A stretch of DNA of 61,685 bases, from positions 372,001 to 433,685 of the forward strand of contig JABVCE010000030.1 of assembly GCA_014905635.1 (NCBI GenBank), read 5' to 3'. The translations under genes and the position numbers were made by a program. This DNA comes from Scenedesmus sp. PABB004 (taxonomy: Eukaryota). Below, one piece after another: positions 38,817-51,300 of this stretch; the first letter of the stretch is position 1; each line of letters starts with the position of its first letter. The notes beneath the pieces are model-generated. The model had not been told where the DNA came from. It saw only the letters and a list, made by a program, of their open reading frames with translations, and made no database searches.

Positions 38817-41800
38817 ATGGGGATCCCTGGCTTCAACACATGGTGCGCCGCTGCTGCCGCCACCAGCCGCCGCCGGCCGCCGCCGGGGCGCAGCGCCGGG
38901 CCCCCTGCGGCCCGGGCGCCGCCCCGCAGCGTCCTCCTCCTGGCGCCGGCCGCCCGGGACGCCGCTGGCGGCGCCGCGCCGGCGCGTGCCCGCGGCCGCG
39001 CGGCCGCCGGCGGCCGGGGCGAGGCCGCCGCGCGCTGCTGCGCCGCCCGCTGCGCCGCCCGCCCGCGCAGGTTTTACACCAACAACAAGTCGGCCTACCA
39101 GCCGCTCGGCCAGACGACGGTCGACCACCTCTACATCGACATGAACAGCGTGCTGCACAACGTCCTGCGCAAGGGTGCGCGGGCGGCGCGGGCGCCAGCG
39201 CCCGCGCCGGCGGCACGGGGCTGCTGCCTGCCCGTCGTGACGCCGCGCGCCGCGCCGCCGCCGCCGCCGCCGCTGCCAAACAAACAACCAAACGAACGAC
39301 CCAACAAACGAAAAAAACCAGCCGAGAGCTACGACAAGTACCACGCGCTGCTGCACAAGCGCCTCGACGCCATCCTGCGCGTCACGGCGCCGCGCAAGAG
39401 CGTCATGCTCGCCATCGACGGCCCCGCGCCGCTCGCCAAGCTCATGACGCAGCGCGAGCGCCGCAAGGCGCGACCCCGCGCCCGCGCGCGCGCGCGCCGC
39501 GCGGCCGGGCGCCACGCCCCCGCGCCGCTGCCGCGCCGCCGCTGCGCCGCCGCCGCCGCTCAAAACGCCCCTCTCGCCGCGCAGAAGTCGTTCTCGACCG
39601 AGGAGCGCAAGAAGGGCCGCCCCGGCGGCGGCGGCGGGGCCGGCGGCGGCGGCGGCGGCGCGCGGGGCGCCAAGGCGCGCGGGCCCAAGGTCGTGTCGAG
39701 CACCGCGCTCACGCCGGGCACGCCGTTCATGCACGACGTCTGCGTCTCCTGCGCCTACTTCATATGCGCGCGCCTCGCGCAGCGCAAGTGGGCCGACGTG
39801 AGCGGCGCGCGGCGGGCGACGCGCCGGCGCCGGCGCCGGCCGCGGCTGCGCTGCTAGCTGCGGCGGCCGCCGCCGCGTGGCGCCGCGCCCCGCGCCGCGC
39901 CGCGCCGCGCTCACGCGCCGCGCGCGCCGACCGCCGCGGCGTCGGCGGCCCGGCGCCAGGTCGAGTTTGAGCTCTCCGGCCCCACCGTCGCGGGGGAGGG
40001 CGAGGTCAAGATCCTCGGCCGCCTCGCGCGCCCGCGCCACGCCGCGAGCGTCGCGCCGTCCGACACGCACAGTGCGCGCGCCGCGCCGCACGCCCCGCGC
40101 CGGCGCCCCCGCCCGCCCCGCCCCGCGCTCGCCTCACCCTGCGCTCGCCCTGCCCCACCTTGCCCCGCGCCCCGCGCCAGTGATCGTGGGCGACGACGCC
40201 GACCTGATCGTGATGGCCCTGGTCAGCATGACGCCGCGCCTGCACATCCTCAACGCGGCGCTCGCCGACAACAACGCCCTCGGCCCCAGCTGCCCCGTCC
40301 TCGTCGTGGACAAGCTGCACGCCGCGTGGCTGGCCCCCGGCGGCGTGCTCGGCCCGCCCCGCGCCGGCGGCGCCGGCGCCGGCGGCGGCGGCGGGCGCGG
40401 CGGCAAGGGCCGGCGCGGCGGCGGCGCGGCGGGCGCCGCGCCGGCCCAGCAGCAGCAGCAGCAGGGCGGCGGCGGCGGCCAGGCGCCGGCGCCGCTGACG
40501 CGCGAGCAGCTGCTGCGGCTGCTCGGCGCGAAGGCCGACCTCGCGCTGCTCGCCATCGCCTCGAGCGGCAACGACTACCTGCCCGCGGTGCGCGGCGGGC
40601 TGAAGCTGCAGGAGCTCTGGGCCAGGTGCGGCGGCGGCGGCGCGCGGCGCCTCGGCGCGCGGGGCGCGGACGGCGTGCGCGCTGGCGCCGCCGCCGCAGA
40701 GGCCGCGCCGAGGCCCCGCCGCCGCCGCCGCCGTCGCGCCCGCAGCTACATCAAGCTGCGCCGGCTGCCGCAGTTTGCGGAGAGCAGCATCATTCGCATG
40801 ACCAGCCATGCCAGCCCGGACGCGGAGGCGCGCGCCGCGCCGCAGGACGGCGGCGGCGCGCAGGACGCGCACGCCGCGGCGCGCGCGGGCCACGCGGTCG
40901 CGCCGCCCACGACGGCGCACTGCCGCGAGCTCGCGGTCTCGGCCGAGCTCGACCTTGCGATGCTGAGCGCGGTGCTCGGCACGGCGGGCGACGGCGGCGG
41001 CGCGCCGGCCGGCGGCGGCGGCGCCGGCGCCGGCGCGCTGAGCCGCGAGGCGCGCGACGCGCTGCCCTGGCTCAAGGGCCTGCTGTGGACGATGTCAATG
41101 TACTTTGCAGGTGCGCCCCGGCTGCTCTGTTGCTGGCGCGGCGCGTCCGCGCGCGCTGCCCGCTGGCGGGGCCAGCGCATTGTGAGCCACGCGCGCCCGC
41201 GCGCTCACGCCGCGCCCGCGCCCGCCGCCGCACCACCGCCGCCCACCCGCCCCGCCCAGGCGACTGCCCGGACTACCGCTGGTGCTACGCCGGCGGCGTG
41301 CCGACCGCGGCGGGCCTGCGCGCGCTCGCGGCCGCCGCGGCGGCGCCCAGCGGCGGCGCCGCGGCGCCGGAGCAGCACCGCCTGCGCCTGAGCAGCTTCT
41401 CTGTCGCCATCGGCGCGAGCGGCGGCGACGCGGCGGCGAGCGACGCGGGGCCCAGCGCGTGGCAGGCGGCCGTCGCGGCGGCGCTGCAGCACCTCGGCGG
41501 CGGTGGCGCCGCCAGCGGCTACGACCCGCTGCTGCCCCACGTGTGCAGGTGCGGCGCGCGGGGCGGCGGCGCGATTGGGCGCCCAGTCGCGCCGCGCCCC
41601 CGCCGCCGCCGCCGCCCGGCTGCCGCCGCCCGGTCACCGCCGCCGCGCCGCCGCGCCGCGCCGCCCCGCCCGCCGCGCAGCCTCGCGCTGCTGCCCGCGG
41701 GCGCGCAGGAGCACGTCCCCGCCGCTGTCCAGCACCTCATGGCGGAGGAGAGCCCCATCTTTGACATGTACGCCAGCTGCCCCGGCTGCGAGGCGGCCGC

Positions 41801-42704
41801 GGCAGACTGCTACGGCGCGCAGCGCGCGTACGACGTGAGCCTGGCGCGGCGGCGACGCGGCGGCGGCGGCGGCCGCGGCGGCGGCGGCGGCCGCGGCGCG
41901 GCGGCGCCGCGCCGCGCGGGGCAGCGCACCGATTGCACCACCACCGCGCTGCTGTCGGCGCGCCGCTCCGCAGGCGGTGCTGCAGCAGGTGCGGAGCCTC
42001 GAGGAGCAGCTCGCGGCGCCGGCCAACGGCGGCGGCGGTGGCGGCGAGGCCGCGGAGCCCGCGGTGCTCGCCGGCCTGCTGGCGCGGCAGGCGGAGCTGC
42101 AGGAGACCAAGGCTGCCGCGCTCGCGGCGCTTCACGCGGCGGGCGACCGGCGGCGCAAGCACGAGGCGGACGCGCACCCCGGCGGTGCGGCCGCCCGGCA
42201 CGCGCCGGCGCGCAGCAGCGCTGCGCTCAGCTGCGCCGCGCGCCGCCCCCGCGCCCGCCGTGAGTCTCACCCGCACGCCACCGCACTGCCGCGGCCAGGC
42301 ACCGACTCGTTTGACCTGGGGCGCCTCGAGGCGGCGGTCGCTGCGGTGCCGGAGCACTCGTACGCGGGCGAGCAGCGCGCGCTGACGCAGCTGAGCCACA
42401 GCCTGCTCTTCCGCGCCGCGCCGCAGCACGGCCACCAGCCGCAGCAGCAGCAGCAGCAGGCCTTCTACGGCAGCTGGCAGCAGCAGCAGTTTGCGAGCTT
42501 CAGCGCCGCCCCGGCGGCCGCGGCGCTGCCGGGCCGCGCGTTCCGGCCGCCGCCGCCGCCGGTGCAGCGCTTCGGCCCCGCGTTTGCGGGCGGCGGCCAC
42601 GCCGTCGTGCTGCGCAGCGTGCTGTGGGAGAGCGCGCACAGCTGCCAGGTGTGCGAGGACACCGACAGCACGATGTACAGCAAGTACATGGCCCTCGGCG
42701 CGAC

Positions 42705-42741
<37 letters not shown>

Positions 42742-42794
42742 GGCGGCGGCGCGGCCAACGGCGCCGGTGGTGCCGGCGGCGCCAGCGGCACGCC

Positions 42795-42833
<39 letters not shown>

Positions 42834-44081
42834 CAAGCGCAAGCACACGCAGGCGCCCGCGCTCGCGCAGCAGCAGCAGCAGCAGCAGCAGCAGTCACAG
42901 CAGTCACAGCTGCAGCCGGCGGCCGCCGAGGCCGCGGCCGCGGCGGCGCGCAGCAACAGCGCCGCCGCGGCCGCGCTCAAGGCGGCGCTCATGGCCAGGA
43001 CGCCGCCGGCCAAGGCGAGCAAGACCGGCGAGGGCGCGAGCGCCGCGCCGCCGCCGGCGTCCCCGGCGGCGGCGCTCGACGCGGCCGCCGCCGCCGCGGC
43101 GAGCGCCGCCGCCGCGCTCGCGGCGCACCAGCTCGGCCAGCCCGCGCCGCGCGGCAAGAAGCAGCAGGGCAGCGTTGGCGGCGGCGGCGGCGGCGGCGAC
43201 GGCTCCAAGCAGCCGCGCCGCAAGAGCCCGTCGCCGCGGCCCAAGCAGGCGGGCGACAGCGGCGGCGAGGGCGCGGGCGGCGGCTCCGCCAGCAAGCAGC
43301 GCCGCAACTCGCGCGGCGCCGCGCTCGCGACGGGCGCCGGCTTTGGCGACCTCTCGAACGGCGCCTTTGCCGTCGGCCCGCCGCCGCCGCCCGCGCCGCA
43401 GAACGTGCCGCTGCCGAGCGGCCTGCTCGGGCGCGTGGCCAGCAGCGGCAGCGTCGGCAGCGCCGGCGCCGCGCGGCCGGCAGCGGCGGCGGCGGCGGCG
43501 GCGACGGCGGCGCCGGCGGCAGCGGAGGCGCGGCGTCGCCCGGCTTCCAGCTGCCGCCCGCCGCAGGCGCGCCGGCACCAGCCGGCGGCTACAACCCGCT
43601 GCAGCACGCGCAGCCGCAGGCGCAGGCGCAGCAGCCGCAGGCGCAGCAGGCGCAGCAGGCGCAGCAGGCGCAGCAGGCGGCGTACCACCAGTTTTATCAG
43701 CAGCCGGCGCCGGCGCAGGGCTACGAGGCGCCGCCGCAGCAGCAGCAGCAGGCGCCGCCGCAGCCCTGGGCCTACCCCGCGCAGCAGGCGCCGCAGCCGT
43801 ACGGCGGCTACGCGCAGGGCTACGCGGCGCCGCAGCCCTCGTACGCGGCGCCTGCGCACTACGGCTACCAGCAGCCGCCGCACGGCTACTCCTACGCCCC
43901 GGCCGCGCGCCCGCCGGCGGGCGCGCCCTACGCGCCGCACGCCCCCGCGTCGCACCCGCTGCGCAGCGTGTCGCCGGGCGGCGCGCCCGCGCCGGGCGTG
44001 CGGCCGCCGCTGCCGCCCGGCGCGCCGGGCGGGCCCGTCGGCGGGCGCCCGCCGCACCCGGGCATCCTGCCGCGGCCGTGA
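38817..44081 (+). CDS. XRN: XRN-family 5'-3' exoribonuclease-like protein, about 11 exons, Q/P/Y-rich C-terminus
   Basis: MGIPGFNTW, DHLYIDMNSVLH, PRKSVMLAIDGPAPLAKLMTQRERR, ALTPGTPFM, GEGEVKI, IVGDDADLI, GNDYLP, WLKGLLWTMSMYF.G.CPDYRWCY, LALLP. The 3' end depends on a probable frameshift near 43480. Confidence 0.88.
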
Positions 44082-44599
44082 GGCGGGCGTGCGGCCGCGC
44101 CAAGGCGTCCCGTCGGGCGGTGGCGGCGGCGGTCTGGCGGCGGGGCGCGCGCCGAGACCCCGCGGCGTGGCCCTGCCAGCACCGCTCGATGTGCGCGCGC
44201 GGCTCGTTGTGCAAACGCGCCCTCTCCCGCGCGCCCGCGCTGCGCCAAGGTGATCATCGTTCTTGGCTCACCGTTCAACACTCGCCCGCACGAGCAGCGC
44301 GGGCCGCGCGCCCGCGCGACGCGCCACCGCGACCTTCGCGCGATCCGCGGGGCCCGCGCCGGGCCGCGGCCGCGCCCCGGCAGCGCCCGCACTGCTGCCC
44401 GACGCGAGCAGCGCGCGCCCGCTTCGCGGCGGACCGCCAGAAGCCGCGGCCCGACCGCGTGCCGCCACCGACAGCGCGTCACTCGGTCCAGCCGCGCGCC
44501 GCGGCTGCCTCCGCGGCAGCGGCGCCGCCGCTGCCGGCGCGCGCTGCGCTGCGCGCACGCGGGCGGCCGCATGGCCCGGCGCCGGTGGCCGCCGCAGGC

Positions 44600-47500
44600 A
44601 TGCCGCTGAGCCAGGCCGCCGGCGGCGCCGATCGGCGGGCCGCCGGCGGCGCCGGCGCCGGCGCGGCGCGGCGGCGGTCGCCGCGCCGCGACGCGCGACC
44701 GCTCGCGGCGTGGTGCCTGCTCGTCGCCGCGCTGCAGCTCGCAGCAGCGGCAGCGCCGGCGCCGGGCGCGCCGGCGGGGCCGCTCTGCAGCGCGACGATC
44801 AACTATGGCGCGAGCGTCGGCGACGCGAGCAAGCGCACGACGGCCGAGGTGCCCATCTTTGTGGGCAGCTTCGACGTGGTCGTGACCGGCGGCAGCGCCG
44901 CCGCCGCGGACCAGGTGCGGACGGCGACGCGCGGCAACGCGCGGCGACGCTCGGCGGCGCGCGCCCGACGGCCCCGCGCGCCCGCCGCCCCCGCGCCGCC
45001 CGCCGGCACGCGCGCGCTCGCGGCGCGCGCGCCAGGATGCCGGCGCGCCTGCGGCCGCCGCGGGCGACGCCTGGGTGCTGGGCTGGGGCTTCACCGCGGG
45101 CGAGCACATCCAGCAGCAGCGCGACGTGTTTGGCGGCGAGGGCATCCGCGACGTCCAGCTCGCCGGCGGCGGCGGCGGGCCGCAGGCACAGGGCGTCGCG
45201 GTGCTGAGTGAGCGCGCGCGCCGCGCGCGCCCGCGCGCGCGCGCGCAGCGCGCTGCGCCCCCGTGCGCGGCCGCCGCCGAGCGCTCGACCCCGCCGCCGC
45301 GCGCTGCCGCCGAGCGCGCAGGCAACGGCAGCGTCCCGCGCGAGGCGACGTTCAGCTTTGTCGGCCGCAAGGGCCCGCCCGGCGCGGCACCCGACGCCGC
45401 GCCGTTCCGCGTGGCGCCGCCGGCGCTGGTGTTTTTGAACAACCAGTACTGCTGGTGAGGACGAGGGAGGGGGAGGGAGAGCACGGCGGGGGGGGGGGGG
45501 ACCGCTGTCAGCGGCGCGGGGCCGCGATCGGCGGCGCGCGCCGCCTGCGCCCACGCGCCCGCCGCCGCCGCCGCGCGCGCAGGCCACTGCTGCGCACCGC
45601 GTCCGGCGCGGGCGGTGCCGGCGCCGGCGCGGCCGGCGCGGCCAACGGCAGCGCCGCGCCGGCGCCGGCGGGCGAGGTCGCGGCGCCGGCGCTGCCGCCT
45701 GCGGCGCGGCCGGCGGAGCTGGTGGTGGAGTACCTGCCCGTTGAGTTTGTGGGCGAGGAGCCCGGCGTGTTTGCCAAGACGCTGACGCAGTTTTACGTCA
45801 AGTGAGAGAGGCGGGCTGGGCGGGCGGGCGCGCGCAGGGGGAGGAGTGCCTCGGTCCGCCCTTCGGCGCGGCGCCGGCGCGCGCACCCTGCGCGCCGCCC
45901 GCGCGCGCCGCAGGGTCAGCAACGCGCGGCCGCCGGGCGCGCCGCCGGTGCTGCTGGACGAGGTGCGGCTGGAGTACTGGTTCCAGGGCCCCGCCGACGA
46001 CAGCGGCGGCAACGCGAGCGCGGGCACCGCGGCGGCGGCGGCGCTCGCGGCGTCGCAGTTCAAGCTCACGTGCAGCGACGCGACGCCGGGCGTCGGTGCG
46101 CGCCGCGCGCCGCCGCGTGGCGCCCGCTGCTGCGCCCGCTGCGCCCGCTGCGCCCGACCCCCGCAAATGGCCAATGGCGCCGCCTGCGCGCGCAGGCTGC
46201 GACGGCATCGCCTGGAACGTCACCGCCGGCCTGCCCGGCGTGTTTGGGGCACGCTTCGTGGTGCGCGCGTGCGGCCGGGCGGGCGCCCAAGGGCCGCGCG
46301 GCGCGAGCTCGCCGCTGCGGCCGCCGCTCACGCGCCCGCCGCCGCCACCGCCGCCGCGGGGCGGCCGCAGCTCAACCTGTGGTTCCCGCCCCGCGCCGCC
46401 AACGCGAGCGGCGCCGCCGCGACGCGCGCCCTCCTCCTGCCCAACGGCACCGCGCCCGGCAGCGCCGGCGCGGCGGCAGCGGCGGCCGCCGCCGCCCCTG
46501 GCGGCCGCGTCGCGGCGCTGTCCGAGTTCGAGGGCATCCTGGCGCTGGACTATCGGCGCTTCTTTGCCGAGCTGCGCGCGCGGGACGACTACAGCTACAT
46601 GGACACGCCCCTCGCGCCCCAGGCGGCCGAGGCGGCGGCCGCGGCGGCGGCGGGCGGGCGGCCCGTGCCCGTGCGGCGGCTGCGCGAGCCCAACCCGCGC
46701 ATCCCGGCGTTCCTCGGCGGCCGCCTCGTGTGGGGCAGCCCGCCCGCGGCGGTGCGCATGGTGCGGGCGCGCGCGCGAGCGGGGGCGCGGGCACGCGGCG
46801 CGCGCCCCGTCGCGGCGCGCCGTGCCCACCGCCGCCTGCCCGCTTGTCGCCCGCGCAGGAGCCCGGCGCCAACGCGAGCGCCGGCGCGGGCGGCGGCGGC
46901 GGCGGCGACGCGGGCGGCCAGCCCGGCGCCTTCCCCCCAGGCTCCTACTGCCAGCGCGGCGCGGACGGCGCGCTGGTGTGCGGCGTGGACATGGTTTACT
47001 GCTGCATCGGCTCAGCGCCCCTCGCCGGCGCGGCGCCGCTCGACTGGCGCGCGCGCCTGCAGGCCAGCGCCGCGGCGGCGGGGTCGGCGAACGGCGGTGC
47101 GGGCGCCGGCGGCGCGGCGCCAGCCGCCGCCAGCGGCAGCAGCGCCGGCAGCGCGGCGCCTGCCGGCGGCGCGGCGCCCGCCGGCGGTGGCAGCGACCTG
47201 GGTGCACCCGGCGGCGGCGCCACGAGCGGTCCCGGCGGCGGGCTGCCGCCCCTTGCGCTGGCGCTGGCGGTCGCGCTGCCGGTGCTCGCCGTCGCCGCGG
47301 CGGGCGTGGTGTTTGCGCTCCTGCGCTGGGCGCGGCGGGAGATCCGGCGCAGCGCCAGCGCCGGCAGCAGCGCCGACGGCGACAGCAGCCTGCTGCCGCT
47401 CTCGCGGGGCACGCCGCCCGCCGGCGCACGTGCCCCCGAGCCGGGCGAGCAGCTGGCGTCGCTGAGCGGTGGCGGCGTGGCGGTGCGCGGCTCGGGCGGA

Positions 47501-48333
47501 GGCCTGCTCAGCGCCCTGCTCAGCCCGCGGCGTGGCGGGCTGGGTGACAGCTGCTCTGACCGCGCCGGGGCGGTGCCGGGCGGCGACCGTTGGTGCGCGG
47601 CGTGGTGCCTCCACGGCAGCGCGGCGGACGAGGAGCAGAGCGACGCCTGCGCGCCAGCAGTGCTCAAGTTGCCGTCCCTGCGGGCGGCTGAGCCGCCCGA
47701 GCTGGCGGCGTTTGGCGGCTTCGGGCCGGCCGGTGCCGCTGGAGGAGCAGAGGCGTGGCGACAGGCGGGCCAGGCCACGCCGGGGCTGTGGCAGGCGGCC
47801 GCGGCGGCGGCTGCGGCGGCGTCGACGACGCACGGCGGCGGCGAGCTCTCGGCGCTGGAGCCCGCGCGCGTGGCGCCACCGCCGCAGCTTGTGCGGCTCG
47901 TGCGGCCACGCGGCCGCACGCTGCCTGACGCCGTGCTGGGGCGGGCCATCGAGCAATACACGGCCTGGCAGCGCCGCCACGAGCTGGCGGAGCAGCCGGG
48001 CGGCGGCTGCGAGGGCGTCGGCTGCGAGGGCGTCAGCTGTGCCGGCACGGGCGCGGGGCCGGAGCCGCAGGACGTCGCCGCACGGTGCGCGCCGGCGTTG
48101 CGGGAGAGCGGGCGGCGGGGTGCTGTCGACGTGCGCGCGCGCGCGCCGTGGCCCCCGCTGCCTGACGCGAGGGCGGCGCACGCGCGCAGGTGCGCCACGT
48201 GGGGCGGGCGCCTGAGCGATGACGCGTTTGGTGAAGAGCTGCTGGATTTTCTCGTCCGGCGCAACCTCTGCCGCGAGATGCCCTGCGCCGACGGCCGCGG
48301 GGGCGGCGGTGCCGGCGGCAGCCCCGGGGCGCT

Positions 48334-48368
<35 letters not shown>

Positions 48369-51300
48369 CAGCGGGGGCAGGGGACGAGGCGATGCTGGAG
48401 CCCCAGCCGGAGGGGGCAGGGTCGGAGCTGGGCGGCGCGGGCGGCGCAGCGCCGGCGGCCACCGCGGCGGTGGAGGCGGCGGTGGCGGCCATCAACGCGG
48501 CCATCGCAGGCCACGCGCCCGGCGGCGCCGGCGCGGGCGCCCGGGCCCCCACTGCGCCGGCCGGCATGCTGGGCGGCGGCGCCGCCGCGGCGTGCGCGCT
48601 GGACGCGCTCATTCCCAGCCCGCCTGGCCCCGATTCTCCGGCCCCCAGCTTCTACAAGGCGCGCGCCGCGCCGCGCCGCGCCCGGCGCCTGGCCGCCGCG
48701 CACGGCTTCCGCGGCCGCCGCACGCTGGCCCTCGCGCCGCGTCACAAGCTCCGCGCGCCCGCCGCGCCCGCGGCGGCGGCCGCAGGCGCTCATGGCCTCC
48801 GGCGGCGTGCTGCACCCGCCCGGCGGGCCGCCCATCCCTCTCAACGTTGACTTTGAGGCCGAGATTGCGCCCCACCTCGGCCGCCTGCTGGGTGCGGCCG
48901 CCTGCTGGGCGCCGCGCGCGCGCCGCGGGGCCTGCCCCACGGCTCCGCCCTGCGCCGGGCGCGAGCGCTGCTGCTAACTGCGCCCACCGCGCCGCGCCCG
49001 CCGCACCCAGGGCGCGGCGGGTTCGGGCACGTCTACGAGGCCACCTGGCGCGGCCGCAAGGCGCGCGCGGCGGGGCCGCCGGCGGCGCGCCCGGCCCGCG
49101 CGCGCGCTGCGACGCGCGCCCCCGCGCCCGCCGCACACGCGGCGCCGCCGCTCGCCCCGCGCCCGCCGCACCAAACCGCCACACACACGCACACACACAC
49201 ACGCACGCACGCGCGCGCCGCAGGTCGCGGTGAAGCTGCTCGCCGTCGACGCGGACGACCCGGCCGTGCTGGACGCGTTCCTCAAGGAGGTCGCCCTCTG
49301 CGCCTGCCTGCGCGGCAGCGACCGCGTGGTCAAGCTGCTCGGCGCCTGCATCGCCGGCGTGCGCCGCGCCCGCAGCGGCGGCAGCGCCGGCGGCAGCACC
49401 GGCGGCGGCGGCGGCGGCGGCGGCGGCAGCGAGCCCGGCGAGCCCGGCGCCGCGCCGGCGGCGGTGCGGCGCGGCGCGAGCGGCGGCAGCGGCACGCCCG
49501 GCACGGACCTCGGCCGGCCGTCGTCGCCGTTTGGCGCGGCGCTGCCTGACGGCGTCGCGGCGACCAGTGCCACGGGCGGCGGCGGCGAGGCGCAGGCGGC
49601 GCCGCCGCCGCAGCAGCAGCAGCTGGCGCTGATCATGGAGCTCGTCCCGGGCGGCAACCTGGCGCAGCGCATCTACAACCCCAGCAAGCGCCGCCTGAGC
49701 TACCTCGAGGCGCGCGCCGCGCCGCGCGCCGCACGCGCCGAGCGCTGCGCCGCGCCGCACGCGCACGCCGCGCCGCGACGGCTGCGTGCGGCCGCAGGTG
49801 CTGCAGATCGGGCTGGACGTCGCGCGGGGGCTCGCGTACCTCCACCCCGCGGTCGTGCACCGCGACATCAAGCCCCAGAACCTCCTGCTCGACGCCGCCG
49901 GCCGCGTGCGCATCGCAGACTTTGGCATCAGCAGGCGAGAGCGCAGGGGCGAGCTGCGTCACGCGACCCAGCGGCCCCGGCTGGGCGGCCGGGCGCGCGG
50001 GCGCGCGGGTGTGTGTGTGCGCGCCGCGCCCACGCGCCGCCGCGGCGCCCGCAGGTTCAAGGACCCACACCGCAGCTACCTGAGCGTGACGCACCAGGGC
50101 GGCACGCCCAACTACATGGTGCGCGGCGCGGCGCGGCGCGGCGGGGCGCTCGGCCAGCGCGGCCGCAGCCCAGCACGGCGCGACCCGCCGGGCACTCCCC
50201 GCGCCGCGCGCGCCCGGCGCTGCGTGCGCCCCGGGGCGGACGGGCCCGCGCCGAGCACGCCCCGCGCGCGCGCGCGGCCGCGCAGGCGCCGGAGCTGTTT
50301 AACGGCACGCGCGTGGACGAGGCGGCCGACGTGTACAGCCTTGGCTGCATCCTCTACGAGTGCCTCGCGCGCCGGCAGCCCTTCGGCGAGCTCGCGGGCG
50401 AGGCCAAGTCGTTCAACGTGCTGTTCAAGGCGCGGCGCGGGCGCGGCGCGGGGGCGGGGGGCGGGGTGGGGGACTCCCCGCGGCCGGGCCGGGCCGGCAG
50501 GGCGCGCGAGCAGGCGCGCGCGGGATGCCTGCCTGCGCGCGGCCGCCGTGACGCCGGCCGCCGCTTTGCTGCCGGCGCCGGCGCAGATCATCGTGGCGGT
50601 GGCCATCAACAAGGAGCGCCCCGTGCTGCCCCCCGACACGCCGCCGCGGCTGGCCGCGCTCATCTCGCGCTGCTGGCTCGAGGACCCGGCGGCGCGGCCG
50701 CGCGTGCCCGCGCTCGCGGCGGAGCTGAGGGAGCTCATTCAGGCGCGCACGCGGGGGGCGGGGCGGGGCGTCGGGCGGCCTGCAGGCGCCGCTGCCCACG
50801 CGCGCCCGCCGGCCGCGCGCGTCTCGCCAGCCGGGCTCCGTCTGTCCCCCACACTCCCCGCCACGCTTGCGCGTCGCACAGGAGGAGCTCGCGGCGCGCA
50901 CCGAGCAGCTCTGCCGCCTGCGGCGCCTCAGCGGCCGGTCCAACAGCGTGCTGACGAACTGCAGCGCGCGCAGCGGCAGCAGCGACAGCAGCGACGGCGC
51001 AGCCACTGCCACGCCCGCGCAGCCGGTCGCAGCGGCGCTCGGCAGCCGCGCGGGCTCGCTCGCCAGCACCGGCAGCAGCAGCGACTTTGCCACGGCCGCC
51101 GACGGCAGCAGCCTGGCGGCGGCGACGGCCGGCGGCGGCGTGCGCGCGCTCAGCGCCACCGCCAGCAGCCGCAGCAGCAGCCGCAGCAGCCTGGCGCCGC
51201 TGGGCAAGAGCAAGTCGGACGTCGCGGCGGCGGCCGCCGCCCTGCACGACCGCGCAGCGCAGGCGGGCGCCCGCGGCGCCGCGCTCGCCGTCGCCGCCAC

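Noticed and set aside
49357..49620. Long Gly/Ser insertion between kinase subdomains IV and V as a novel domain
   Set aside because: Low-complexity loop insertions like this occur in nearly every protein in the window.
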